Positions 25,191 through 37,944 of a DNA stretch of 64,000 nt are shown here, piece after piece. Below the pieces are notes generated by a model. That model worked only from the letters and a program-made list of their open reading frames with translations. It had not been told where the DNA came from and made no database searches. The stretch is from NCBI RefSeq assembly GCF_000002075.1, contig NW_004797603.1, positions 630,935 through 694,934 on the forward strand, given 5' to 3'. Source of the DNA: Aplysia californica. Lineage: Eukaryota. The translations under genes were made by a program, and so were the position numbers. Position 1 is the first letter of the stretch. Each line of letters starts with the position of its first letter.

Positions 25191-26693
25191 GGAGTAGCGT
25201 GAGAACTTCCGGTCAAAACAAAATGGCGACCCGCGTAGTTCGGCTCAATTCGAAAAGTTAAATTTTATAGCCGTAGCATCTTTGAAGACGATCAAATTAG
25301 CTTACTTTTGTGCTATAACGTAATTTTTTCTTGGCTTTTATCAATTTGATCATCCACATCGATAGAAAGTATTCCGAAATGAGGAAAAACAGGTCTTGTT
25401 TCAAACCGGGTGAGAATAGCCTACGGTCGCAAGTCTCACCCGGGGTGAGAGGTAGATCGTTTTTCTATTCTCACCCCGGATGAGAATAGCCACTTCCCTT
25501 CCCAAAACAAAAAAGGGACTCAATAAGTAAATAAATCGGGCGTCACTTTTGCACCCAGTAAGGGCCTCAAATATCCCAACAAGCTGAAACAGTAACAGTA
25601 CATTACTCGGGTCATCCAATCACAGGGCTTCCTGTAGCTGGTTTCGGTTTGTCTCTAGGGCAAAGCAGAGATATAAAGCTTTAACTTTAAAGTCGATGTG
25701 CCTGTTTTCGTCCTAATTTTGACTGAACCGGTAATTTTACTCTAGATCTAGATTAAACTAGATTTAGAAATCTAGATCTAGAATCTAATAACTTATAACA
25801 TTAACATGACAAAAGTAGGCAAGTCGCAACATGCTAGACTCCTGGGTCTGGGGGCGATGAACCTCATTTTTTCCTCTTCCAGTGTATGTCTACTTGGGGT
25901 TCAGCTTTATTTATCAGCTCTCAATTCATTCCTCATGACCTAACTTGCCATGATCCCACCTTAGTGCCTTAGTGAAAATACCTGAGCACTGACTAAGCAG
26001 GAAGTGGCTTTGCATGCCCATGCAAATGATGATATTGCTGCCATTATGCCATTACTATTACGGGACTGCAAACTGTCTTGGTGCCTAAATAATCTTGGGT
26101 AACAATTTGAATTATCAATTCAAACCAAAACTAGATCTAGAGTTCTAGAGGTTTCGAAAGTTAACTCCCAAAAACGAGCTACTGCCACGGCCCATCCCAC
26201 TTTCTCACTGGAAAATATCCCTCAATCAGACCAATGTCTGATTCAGTTTACCAGACTACGGTACCATTTTATGAGTATGCCTGTTCATACATTTGGCAAT
26301 AGATTACACGAACATTTCTGGGTTTCCAACAAATCTTAGACTAACTGCAGAAGTAAAAGACAAGCCTGGAACTTTCATTTCAAGACATGAGACACACATG
26401 AGTCACAATTCCTCATAAAGATGGCGCCCGCCTTGGCAATGAAAGGAATGCCGAGGACGACACTGTTTCGCTTTCATTGAGGCATTTCTGGAACAGAAAT
26501 AACGCTAATTGCCTCAAAAGAGGATGAGTACCATGTGTCTTACATGCACTTAGATGCCCAAGCAATACTGAGGACAAGCAATTAGATCAGAGCAGTTTGA
26601 AGAACATTATCAATGATCCATCTATTCGCTGCACAATCCGGCTGTGGTGGCAACGGCCGACTAGCGTCTATCAATTAAATTAAAATCACTTAC

Positions 26694-26760
26694 CATCATA
26701 TCGCTCGGCTTGTTCAGCCAGCTTTGCTTGATAAACACTATCCTCTCTGTCTGCTGCCAT
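26694..26760 (-). CDS. YWHAE: 14-3-3 epsilon coding exon 1 (MAADREDSVYQAKLAEQAERYD+G)
   Basis: AAAAATGG start at 26760; canonical 14-3-3 N-terminus AKLAEQAERYD; donor G|GTAAGT; 67 nt, phase 1. Too short for the ORF track. Confidence 0.96.
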
Positions 26761-27000
26761 TTTTTCACAGGCAGATGGTAACTTTGAAGGTGTGATGGAA
26801 AGCGATAAAAATTAGAATCCTTCTAGCCAACGCAAAATGGCCGCGCCCGCCTCAGACGTAAAAAAAATAGTGCGTATAAATAGTGCAGCGTAAAATTCAT
26901 CCGCGTAGCCTAGTGCGCAAGTCCATTCAAGCTTAGCAACACCGTGAGAAGACAGGCTGTGTTCACTTAGTGAACCAACCGAACCGTTAACACAAGGCAC
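26761..27000 (-). promoter_or_regulatory. 14-3-3 epsilon 5' UTR/promoter with YY1-type motif
   Basis: CpG-enriched; CAAAATGGCCGC at 26833-26844 next to a GC-box-like GCGCCCGCC; further YY1-like AAGATGGCG at ~26418 and AAAATGGCG at ~25220 in intron 1. Confidence 0.6.
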
Positions 27001-29531
27001 GCCTGTTCAACTAGGCCAAGCTCAAGTTTACTTTTTTGAAAAAGGAAAGAATTTGCAAGAAAACCTTGTAAACACGCGCGAGAATGAATAGGCCTACTCT
27101 GTGTCTTATATGCACTTAGATGCTCAGGTAATACTGAGAACAGAATTTTTTTCTCGTGTGTGCGGGAAGGGGTTGGGGTGGGGACTAAAAATTAACTTAA
27201 CTGCAACAAAACTAAAGGTCAGTTTGTTCAGGGGAAGACTCTCGAGATGTACATCACAAATACACATTTAGGAAACAGCATGCGTACCTGTGGAAGTGGG
27301 GAGTAAGGTGGCTCCTGGTAGTTTATACAGTTCATCTCGTGAATTTGCATTGCATAGAATAATATCATCTCAAGTCAAGAATTATTTCTTGCACTTTACA
27401 ATGAACCAATAATGTCCTATTTTCAACATGAGTTGTGCCTTTTCGAGTAGCCTAATTTGAGAGGCGGGAGTCCCACTTCTCTACTCTCTTTATACCATAC
27501 TTAGATTCTTTGAGGTGTTAGAAAACGAGAATCACTGAGGCTCACCATAATATTTGTAGTTACAGAGGCCTACTGGTAGAAGTAAAAATTGGATGCTTCC
27601 TTTGTGCAAATACCTTTTAACGCTTTTAAAACAAGGATAGTCTATATCTGTCTGCATAAACAATAAGCCACGTGCGAAAGAGTTTCAAATATAGATCTAA
27701 CTCGTCCCGTTTTAATTTAATTCAGGAATCCTGGAATACGAGAAGACTTCATGCATCGTTCACAAGCTGGAGCATATCCTCTTGGCCTCACGTACTATCT
27801 TCATTCGTTTTTTTCTTCCTTTATTTCATAAGTAATAAACTGTTTGCGAGAGCAGACCACAGTGGAAAGAGGAGAATGCGTGTATCTTTTGTAACCTTTG
27901 GTGTGTAATTTATTTTAAGATATCTGTGCATTTTCTTTCAAAATAAAAATGAAAAAATTGTTTGCCGTTTAGTGGTTTTTAGTACAGTTCGAGACAAGGG
28001 TACTTCTTGACATTAATAATCTTATTTTACATTGAGATCATAACCCATTCATATTATTACATCTCTTGACCTACATACCACAATGTGATAGAGATTGGTC
28101 AAGAATGTGATGACCAATTAGAAAAGCGTAAGTCACCATGGTGCCCCTCCCCTCTTGTCCTCTTTCTTCAGCGAGTATAAATCCCCAGCTATCCTACACA
28201 CAAAAAAGATAGAAAAACTTCATATTACAGCCGTGGAATTAAAACAAGCAATAATGCTTCTAAAGAATAATAAATGTCACTTCGTAATAATATCAACTGC
28301 AATTAAGAGCATTCTTCGCAGATAGTGCATAATAGTAGTAATATACCGCTATTTTATCACAGCATACACATCGCAACGACGACAGAATAGATCTACGTGA
28401 AAATTAAATAAAAGCTTTATTATAGAAACATATAAGGCTACTGAATTAATCCGCCTACGTCACATATTATGTTAGGCCTAGGCCTAGCCTATAGGCGAAA
28501 CTAAACAAAACCCAATTCAGTCCATGTGTGTGTGTATGTTTTCACACGCGTGCGTGCCAGTGTGAGAGTGCGCAGTGTGTGCGCGCGGGCGTTGAGGAGG
28601 GAGGAGTGTTGTAGTACATGTAGTAGGTTACAGGCTAGCCTGGCTTCTATGTAAATTTGGGATTGGTCTGACAAGTTATTCGCTCCACTACTTCGCCAGC
28701 TTGTTCGTTTTCGCTGTTTCGCAACGTTGATCACAGTTTCAGCGGCGAAGAAATATTCGATGCACGCGACACGCGAACTGCACCAATCCCACTATGATTT
28801 ATAACACTTTATTTACTTATCTTGTTCAGTATGAATAAATGAAAGAGATCGTCTAGGAATTTAACAAGTATACTGTACATCATCTTTACGGCGGTAACTT
28901 TAAATTCACAGAAAATCTCATGTACGAATAGAGGATAGATGTTTCCCCCCTTTTCTTCTGAGTGTGGGTTGGCGCACGTATCTCTGAGCACGTGATAACA
29001 ATTAGATCTAGTAGCTGTAAAACACGCCGAATGCCTACCTAATTCATTTTACTAATAATACAGCAGCTTATCGAAAAGCCAACGAGGTGTAGCCTGAGTT
29101 CAGCAGCGCAAATACGTGTCCTTCTGTCTTAGGAAGCGTGCGTTCGCGTCTCCTTATTTCGAGTTGTATCGTGAGTGTTCTGGGGTCAAACGAGAGCAAG
29201 CTGCATTGCGTATTGTTTGCGGCAAACTTACAGGGGTCAACCATGCAGAGCTATGGGTCAACATTGGACAGTTCTCAAACACACACAAAGATTTTTTCCC
29301 CAAAGTTTTGGTGCTAGGTCATTATTGTGACGTACGGTTACTGCAGGTATCATTAGGCTTATTTTTTTTAGTTAATTTTTTATTTTAGAAAGAGTTTCAC
29401 AACACCGGCAACACAATAAATACATGTTGTGGTTAGTGGGTCTTAAGAAGGAGACAATAAGGATGGATGTTTGATTAAAAGAAAGAAAGAGCAAAACTCT
29501 CAAGGACACCCAATCACCCACTAATTTTAAG

Positions 29532-29535
<4 letters not shown>

Positions 29536-29623
<88 letters not shown>
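29536..29623. repeat. (TA)n microsatellite
   Basis: Direct reading. Confidence 0.98.
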
Positions 29624-29625
<2 letters not shown>

Positions 29626-30250
29626 TCTGGGTCTACTTGAAAGTTCACGATCGAGTGTTTAACTGCTGACTGATACTTACGATACCATAACCTTGGTGTA
29701 ACCTTCTTGGAAATTTAAGAAAGCTGACTAGATCTAGATCTAGGCCTATATTTTTTATCCGGAATATTGATTCTATATTTTCACGCAGATATAAATGGCT
29801 TCCTTATTATAAGGGCGGACCGGACAGTGAAACCGTATCAACGCGATGGATCTGCGTGGGCAGTTAATCTGTTGCTTGGAGGAGGGAATGGCGTCCTGGT
29901 CAGACTAATCTGCTTTGACTACTTTGAGATTTGTCGTCTCCTACTTTATTATTCAACGATGTCCACGTGCGCCCGATGCACAGGATCAAGGCCGGGCTTT
30001 CTATACAAAGACTCATAAGCCGGACTTGCCGTCCAGAAATAAATATTACATACTATAGCTTACGATGAGTAATGGCCTGATATTGCCTGCTTTGGATGGG
30101 GGCCTGTAGCCTAGTTGCTGCTCGTTTAATAAAATACCCAGGGCAGCTGATACAACAAAACAAAAGTGAAAAACCTGCACACTTCTTCTTCTTCTTCTTC
30201 TTCTTCTTCTGCTTCTTCTTCTTTTTCTTCTTTCTTCTTCTTCTTCTTCT

Positions 30251-30746
30251 GGGGGCTCTCGTGGCATAGAGGTTAAGGTGTTCGCCTCTCATTCGAAGGT
30301 CATGGGTTCGAATCCGAGCGACCGAAAAATTTTCTTCTCTAAAATAGTCTCCTTTCACCTTCTTTCCTGCTGTCTAGCAATGTTCTGTCGTCTGCTTTTG
30401 TTTCCATTTTCTGCCCCTACCCCCTCACCCCCTTTGCCCATCCTCTGGGCTTAACTCTTGGCAGTCATAGGCTTAACTCCTTCTTACTATCTTACTGCTG
30501 TCTTTCAACTTCACCCCTGATCTTCTGGAAGGAAAGATCTACACCTAGCCTTCTCGTTCACGGGCGAAAAATCTCGGAGGTCTCGTGTGCAAGTTGCGCT
30601 CGTTAAAGATCCCTTGGTGGTCTAAAATCGATAAGAGTAGGCTTCGGCCGCCACCCGGGCAAAATTCAGAATGTCCTACCATCTGAAAGTTTAGCGTGTC
30701 CCGCGCGCTCATAATGACTTTATGCAGTTGCGAGCGTCGTAAAACA
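30251..30746 (+). mobile_element. Full-length tRNA-derived SINE with Deu/Nin-like core
   Basis: A box TGGCATAGAGG; B box GGTTCGAATCC (30305-15); core GTTAAAGATCCCTTGGTGGTC...TAAGAGTAGG...GGGCAAAATTC; flanked by (TTC)n; copies at 56360-56857 (-) and 63433-63845 (+). Confidence 0.88.
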
Positions 30747-31384
30747 TTCTTCTTCTTCTTCTTCTTCTTCTTCTTCTTCTTCTTTTTCACCTTCCTTTTC
30801 ATCTTCTTCTTTTCCTTCTTGTTTTTGTTCTTGAGCTTCATACATGTAATTGCAAATCACACAAGTCTATATATATCAAACGCCCCCTTCAACACTGTAT
30901 GATCAGATTTAACTTTTAAGAGGCAGGACATCCGAATCTTACGCCTGTCTTCGAGGCCGAGCCAATGGGCCAGAAAGCCTTAAAAACTCATCTAACAACT
31001 TAAGTTCAAGATGTAGGCCTACCTATAGGATTCGAATCAGAGTCATCCTGAAACCATCGTGACTCCGACTGAGCTAACAGAGCGCGGCAAACTCGGAAGA
31101 TTTCCTTCCCACTTCCCACAACAAAGATTATGTATTATGTACAATATGTGCCCACAAGTGGTAATCGATACTTCAATCCTGGTTGTTGTTGAGACTCGCG
31201 ACACAAGGAAAGCTGTAGGACAAGTTCTGTAAGTGCCAGCCTAAACCGAACAAGCGCGGTCACGCTAATGTGATGACGCAGCCGGTTTGTTTGTTTGTAA
31301 GTTTGAGCAAATGGAAGCACTTCGAGACAATGTTTGTTTAAGAGGGGGGGTGGGGGGTTTACAGCTGAAGGCTATCTCGCTTAT

Positions 31385-31850
31385 TAGGGGATCAAATGTT
31401 ACCAAAATTCACACATATAACAAGCATAGCAAGGAGTCCTAAAATCCGTAAGCAAATTCGAGAAAAAAGTTTCGTTTCCATGGATACGGCGGCCATATTG
31501 GATTTTTTTTACACTTCTTACGTAATTAATACCACACTTATTTTTCATGGAAATATATTGTTTTTTGAATGCATCTTGGCAAACCATAGATCTACAAATC
31601 TGAGCAATGAATCATTCCTAAACGTCCTAGAAAATATTTTATGAATTTTTTCTTGAGGTAGTATTTACGTTTGCAAAAAAAACCGTGAAAATCCACACTC
31701 CAAACACCACCAACGAAAAACTATTCCATAAATAAAAAATTAATCACACAAAGTTTTAGTATTACATCTTTTCTTATTTTCTTCATTCTGTGAAAATTTA
31801 ATGAAGATTGGATGAAAAATGGTGGAGTTATTTTTTTTTTTAAAGTAGAC
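31385..31850. mobile_element. Probable Helitron/Helentron-related non-autonomous (HINE-like) repeat
   Basis: GGCGGCCATATTGGATTTT and GAAAATTT-ATGAAGATTGGATGAAAA motifs typical of such repeats; termini not resolved. Confidence 0.4.
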
Positions 31851-34800
31851 GAACCTGTGATCAGGGCGGCAGGCATTGGTCAAACTAATTTACCACCTCT
31901 GGCTTCTGGGTGCCCAGGAAAGTATCTGTAGTGGCTCGCTACTCGAGCACTCTCACGGACAGTCGTGAGATTTAACACTCACATTACACTGACCATCTGC
32001 ATCGCTCAGGGCTCGCATGATGGGGTAACATATACCCCCAAATTGAACCTACTTACGTCCTCGCCTTGCGGCATGGCCACGGCGTTAAGTCAAGAGCCGC
32101 CGGAACCAAACGTGCGAGTTCTGTTTCAAATCAGGGCTGAGCGGGCAAAGCATTTTCCGTCTTAAACAGGTGAAACCATCGGAAGGGGGCGGATTTTACT
32201 TTCCGTTTCCGCGTTGAACAGGTTTTCGTTATACAGGTAATTAAAGAGGAATAAACCAAGGGGGGAGCGGGGAGATTCCGTTAAGACAGGTTTCCGTTTA
32301 TATTTTATACGGGCTTCCGTTAAGACAGGTTCGACTCGAGAAAACGGGCGATAAAGAAAAATAAAAGATTGACTTTATGAGGAAATGGAGGTGACAAACA
32401 TGCCTGGTATGGGAAGAAGTACGGCTCTAGGCGGTTCTTGAGCGATGAAATAGTTGTAAGAGAGGCCAAAGAAGCTAAAACTGCCTACAACTTGAAATCC
32501 ATAGTTTTGAGCCGAATCGGGACTTTCAGCTGCCCCCCCCCCCCCCCCAGCAAATGGAAGCACACCGACACAGTTGTGTTTGTTTATTTGAGTAAAGAGA
32601 AGCACATCGACACAATAATCTGGTCATTTGGTGCTAGGAAAAAGTAAGACAGACAGACAGTAAAAACAGAGGGAGAAGAGCATTAGGACCTACCAGTGGC
32701 GCCCTCTAACCACCCACTAAGATTCCACTACGGGTATGTGCAAAAAGGTTTATTACAGCTAAAATGACAAGCTATACTGTTACAACAAATGCGTAAGCAT
32801 GTCCTATTCCTCCAACACCCCCCAAAAAATGGAATTCATGCGATTCTGTCAGCTAGTATTTGTTCTGTTTTCTTTTAAAACCTGAACAGGGAAAAAATCA
32901 CTTGGTGATAAGGCCTGTTTGACTGATTGAAAATAATGTTTTATGGGCCTATTCAATACCAGAGAAAATAACAAGGGAGGATGCTTCGAGCCAATCCAGG
33001 ACCTTCCATATTTAACTGAAAGCAGAGAGGGTTTACAGTAATAGATCTACAAACTCTCTGCTGAAAGTCAAAGCTCATAAAATATCTTTTCCACTTGAAA
33101 ACTGAACTCAAGTCCTTTGCGTGTGAGGTAAAAATCCTAATCATTACATTATACTGAAGAAAAACATGACCCATTTGTCCTTCGGAGTTTGAGTGAAGAA
33201 AAGCACATAAACACACTAGGCCCAATTCCAAACGTCCAGTTGTGCCAAATGCAAAAGATCCAAGCAACGCACTATGGTTATTTATTTAACAATTTGGGTA
33301 TTTTAGTCAAAAGCCATGGCAGGGTACCCATATCTGGGTGAAATGTCGAAAATTCAGGCAAAGGGCCTATTTTCTAAAGGACACAACATCGAACCTGAGC
33401 CTCAAACTCTGAAGCTCAAGATTAAAAGTCTGAAGCCTAACCCCTAGACTACAGACGCCACAACACTTTAAATTAATTAAATACAGTAACAAACATAGTT
33501 TTAAAGTTTCAACTTTCCAACAAAACAGACTAAATGTGTAAGTGGCGGAATCATTTATTTTCGATTCAAGGGACACATAATTTATACACACAGCCAAATA
33601 TGTATTCATTGTCCTGAATGACCTAACCTGTTCACATACAATTTCATTCATACTTTCACATCCTTCACATCTTTTCAAACAGGACGTTTTCATCAAGTAT
33701 TAAATGAAAATGAAAGCAAATTTATCTTTGCATTTGCTACCTTTCATTTAAATCAATATTGTATGTCTCCTATTTGCTTGAACTTGAAACAAAAACACCT
33801 GCAAGCCCTGTAAGAAAAAGTGCTCTGGAAATGCGACATGCATCTGCTTTGTACAAAAATACCTGTTTCAGTCCATCTCCCAGGAAGGCAAAAAAACCCA
33901 ACAAACAAACATTTCCCAAAGACTTTGCGAATATATATAATCTCTGCTGTTCAAAATCATGGAAGCCCACTAGCAGGCAGAAAGCAAATGCCAGATCTTC
34001 TACACTAGGAGGCTGAAAAGTCTGGAAAGTGGAGTTAAGTCTCTTCTGTGTATATATATAAATTAGATGGAAACAATCATATGTGTTATGCGGCGGTTGA
34101 ATCAGGCACTCGTCAATTTTTGGGCATATGGAGTTATTGGTACCACCTTAAAGCTTGTTCGTGTTTTGCTTTCAGTAAGAAAATTAACCATCTAACTTCA
34201 GTAGAAGTTGAGATATTTGCGATTGAAAGAGGTGGGGGTCGCTTGTTTTCAGAGGTAAAAGTACAGAGAAAATGGCCGCCAAAGTTTGATGAATTCTATA
34301 GCTGGAGAGCTTTGGGAAACTGAAAATTTACATTTTTAGCATCTTTAATCAACGTTTTTCAGTCAAACTGACACAAATGTGTTTTTAAATGGAGATAAAA
34401 GACGTTTAAGCAAAGAACAAAACATTTTTCAAAATAGCCAAATCGAAGGAAAATCGCCTGTTTCTTCAATTTCATTATTTTGATGAGAGCCTGATTTCAC
34501 CACACTGCCTCACATATATGTCATCAGATAGCAAATGCCAGATCTTCTACACAAAGAGGCCAAAAAGTGAGGAAAGTGGAGTAAGTCTCTCCATATTATT
34601 ATGTCAGAGATAATCTTTAACTTTTTCTGAAGAACAGCATCAGCTGATATGTGCAATCTTGTGACGTAATACTTTTTTTTCCTAGTACCAGTAGAACTGA
34701 TGACGGTATGTTCTTCATAGATCCGAGTAACCTAGTCGTCATAAAAAATTGTATAATACATATATATAGATACCACAGACAGACCGACTTTAAAATGGGA

Positions 34801-36028
34801 ACAAAAAAATAAAATTTGCACCTCTGTACAGTCCCTGGATGTCAGGGCCAAAGTAAAATGTCGTATAAACACAACTTCACAGCTGTTAACCTTATTGCTG
34901 TTTTGCTTGATGTTCACATATAGAAACATCACACACTAACACTAACAAGTTAAAAATCAGTTCTAAGCTGCAAGATAACAATTCAGTCGGTCAAATCTTA
35001 TAAAAATATTCATCAACGTAAACTGACAGAATATAACACAAGCTGCGTTTTATAGCCGAGACATAGTATGGGTCTCACCACAAATTGACAGGGAAATAAA
35101 AACTACTCGAACACTAGAAATTCCAGTCTTGGTATTTCCAGACAAGCACCCCCAGTGACTGACTGGCTTCACTTTATTTTCAACCTTTTAAAAGTTACAT
35201 TTCACATTAAATATCACTCTCTGTCCAACTGAAAAATTCCTTCATTTCCAAGTGTAGAAATGAGGCAAAAGATTAAAAGAACAAAAAAAACCAAAACACC
35301 TTCATAAGAAAAATGAACAGTGCAGTAGAGACACCTTTTAACTCTAAGACACACTTTTGTCGAGACTCACATAGTCTGGTATAAATACAACGAGAACAGC
35401 AGTCTGTCAATCGCACTCTCGGACAGAAAACTGGAATGCATTGACAGTGACAGGCAAAGTCTTATAGGTCACGATATAGAGAGCCTAGCCTGGATTCTGT
35501 GCATCGGGACATTACTTGGTAAAAGACAGGCAAAGGCCAGTGATTGAGAAGTCAATGAGCCTTTGATTATTGGACAATAAATACCACTTAAGCGCTCCTA
35601 TCTCCATGTATTTGAACTTACTTTTCGTAACACTTCAGCCCTGAGTATAGTAATATCTGTCACGACACAGTGGAATTTGGCACTCGTCAATTTATGGGAA
35701 AATAGTCATACCTTAAACTTACAGCATGTTCATTTGCCTTGCTTTTGATTTAAAAATTAACCACCTGCCATAAATAGAAGTTGGGATTTTTTAGATTGAG
35801 TGAGGTTGGTTCACCTGGTGTCAGAAGTGAAATTGTTGAGAAAATAGCTGGTAATGGTTGGTCATTTTCAAAGCTTGATTGTTCTTGGAACTGCAAATTT
35901 ATATTGTGTGTGCCTTTGATCAGTTTTTCTACTAAAATCCACACAAATGTTTTTAAATGGACATAAAAATGTTGACCCCAAATTTGACAAATAAATCAAA
36001 TTGCCCAATGGGTTAAAAAATGTAGATT

Positions 36029-36850
36029 TCTTTGATTTCATTATTTTGAAGAGCGTCTGATTTCACTAGAACGTCACACATATTTTCTTTCTATCAATTT
36101 CCGTCTTAAAAAGTCCCCAAAATAAAAATGCCGACACTAAAACATGATTTTGAGGATGATTCCAATGTTTCCTTATAAGCGACTCTTACTTTAAATTTGA
36201 ACTGGTTGCTTCACAAATTATGATCTTTCTCCAGAATAATATATCAGATTATTTTTTCGTCCACTCGGTGTCTTATTTTTAGATCTTGTTTACAGCACAA
36301 GAGGCACTTCATAACCACCCGAGCACTAGGGCTGGGCGAAGAATCGATTCCGGAACCGATTCCCAACGATTAATGCTACGGAAGAAAAGTTTCGGCTCCT
36401 TTTTACGTAAACCAACGTACCGTTACCAGTTACTTTAATCTTTGATTTCATTATTTTGAAGAGCGTCTGATTTCACTAGAACGTCACACATATTTTCTTT
36501 CTATCAATTTCCGTCTTAAAAAGTCCCCAAAATAAAAATGCCGACACTAAAACATGATTTTGAGGATGATTCCAATGTTTCCTTATAAGCGACTCTTACT
36601 TTAAATTTGAACTGGTTGCTTCACAAATTATGATCTTTCTCCAGAATAACATATCAGATTATTTTTTCGTCCACTCGGTGTCTTATTTTTAGATCTTGTT
36701 TACAGCTCAAGAGGCACTTCATAACCACCCGAGCACTAGGGCTGGGCGAAGAATCGATTCCGGAACCGATTCCCAACGATTAATGCTACGGAAGAAAAGT
36801 TTCGGCTCCTTTTTACGTAAACCAACGTACCGTTACCAGTTACTTTAATC
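36029..36850 (+). repeat. 410-bp tandem duplication
   Basis: 36029-36438 vs 36439-36848; only 2 substitutions seen. Confidence 0.95.
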
Positions 36851-36855
36851 CTTAA

Positions 36856-37944
36856 CCCTTCCAGCCCCAGCCATTTTTATGCACTCCCTAACCCCAGTCC
36901 CAGCCAATACAATGGTATTTCAGAAAAAGAGGCATGCATTCTAAAAAGTGATGTTGTATCTTTGTACAGTGGAGTCCACTTTTAACGAGTCTGGAAAAAA
37001 CGAGAAGTTTGTTATAAAGACGCTATTCTGAAACCCCGTTTTTTTCTCCTCTTTACCTTTGTAAATAAAAAACGGTTATAGCGGAATATTGCTGCTGTTG
37101 TGCACAGTGCATAGGCCAATTTTACATAACGTAAAACCTCGCCAGTTGAGAAACTTGGTGATCTATCGAAACAAAGAATGGGAGAGCACACGTGTGTCAA
37201 CAATATGAAGGCCGAAGCAACTGAGTAGGGAGGGTGTGGCATGCGCAGACAAGCAGAACACATCGTGTGATATGCCAGCGTAAGCCTAGTTTACATTATC
37301 AAGGCCTACCATGCCTCTCAGTCACTTCTCTGAAGCGGGGATGGAGAGGTCACAGCAATGTGATGGATGGAGCGAATGTGTGACGTGCACAAGCAGACAG
37401 AATGCACCACAGGGTGTGGTGAGGTGGGGGGAAACACAGTGGGCGAGTTAGCCCAGAGCCCTTCCTTTCTGATCGCCAACGCCGAGCTGTCAGTCCACAT
37501 CGCTAGATCTAGCACTAGAGAAAGAAACTTGATTCTATTTTTGATCAAGTAAGACCTAGAGGTCATGTTGAAACAAAATCGTCATCAGGGGAGATAGCAA
37601 AAGGAAATAAACAGAACACCAAACTCATAGATTAGGCCTACTTTACAGTTTCCCTTGAATTTATTACTGGATCCTTTATAGCGAGAATCCTGCTATAATG
37701 GACATTTTGCTCCAGTCCCCTCCCTCTCGTTATAACAGGATTCCACTGTAATGAGATTTAGATAAGAACGACTAGCAATGTTTAAAGGTAAATTAACAAA
37801 TATTATGAAAATCAAAGTTTAATTAGGTAAGCTAATTTTGAAAAATGTGCAAATTCAGTACCCCCCGAAACTGAGAATATACACTCTCGAGACGGTGGGA
37901 GGTACAAGCGCCGCTAAAAATATAAGCACACGGGGCTGGAAGGG
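36856..37944. mobile_element. piggyBac MITE (middle of the nest)
   Basis: TTAA|CCCTTCCAGCCCC...GGGGCTGGAAGGG|TTAA, perfect 13-bp TIR. Confidence 0.92.
36967..37748. mobile_element. Tigger/pogo MITE (innermost)
   Basis: TA|CAGTGGAGTCC...GGATTCCACTG|TA; related to the element at 160-2135. Confidence 0.88.

Noticed and set aside
30251-30325. Functional tRNA gene
   Set aside because: Acceptor and T stems pair poorly, and the head is fused to a multicopy SINE body
30046-30902. Poly-K/R/E/F ORFs (and similar ORFs at 1178-1470, 21604-22078 and 25010-25216)
   Set aside because: Translations of microsatellites
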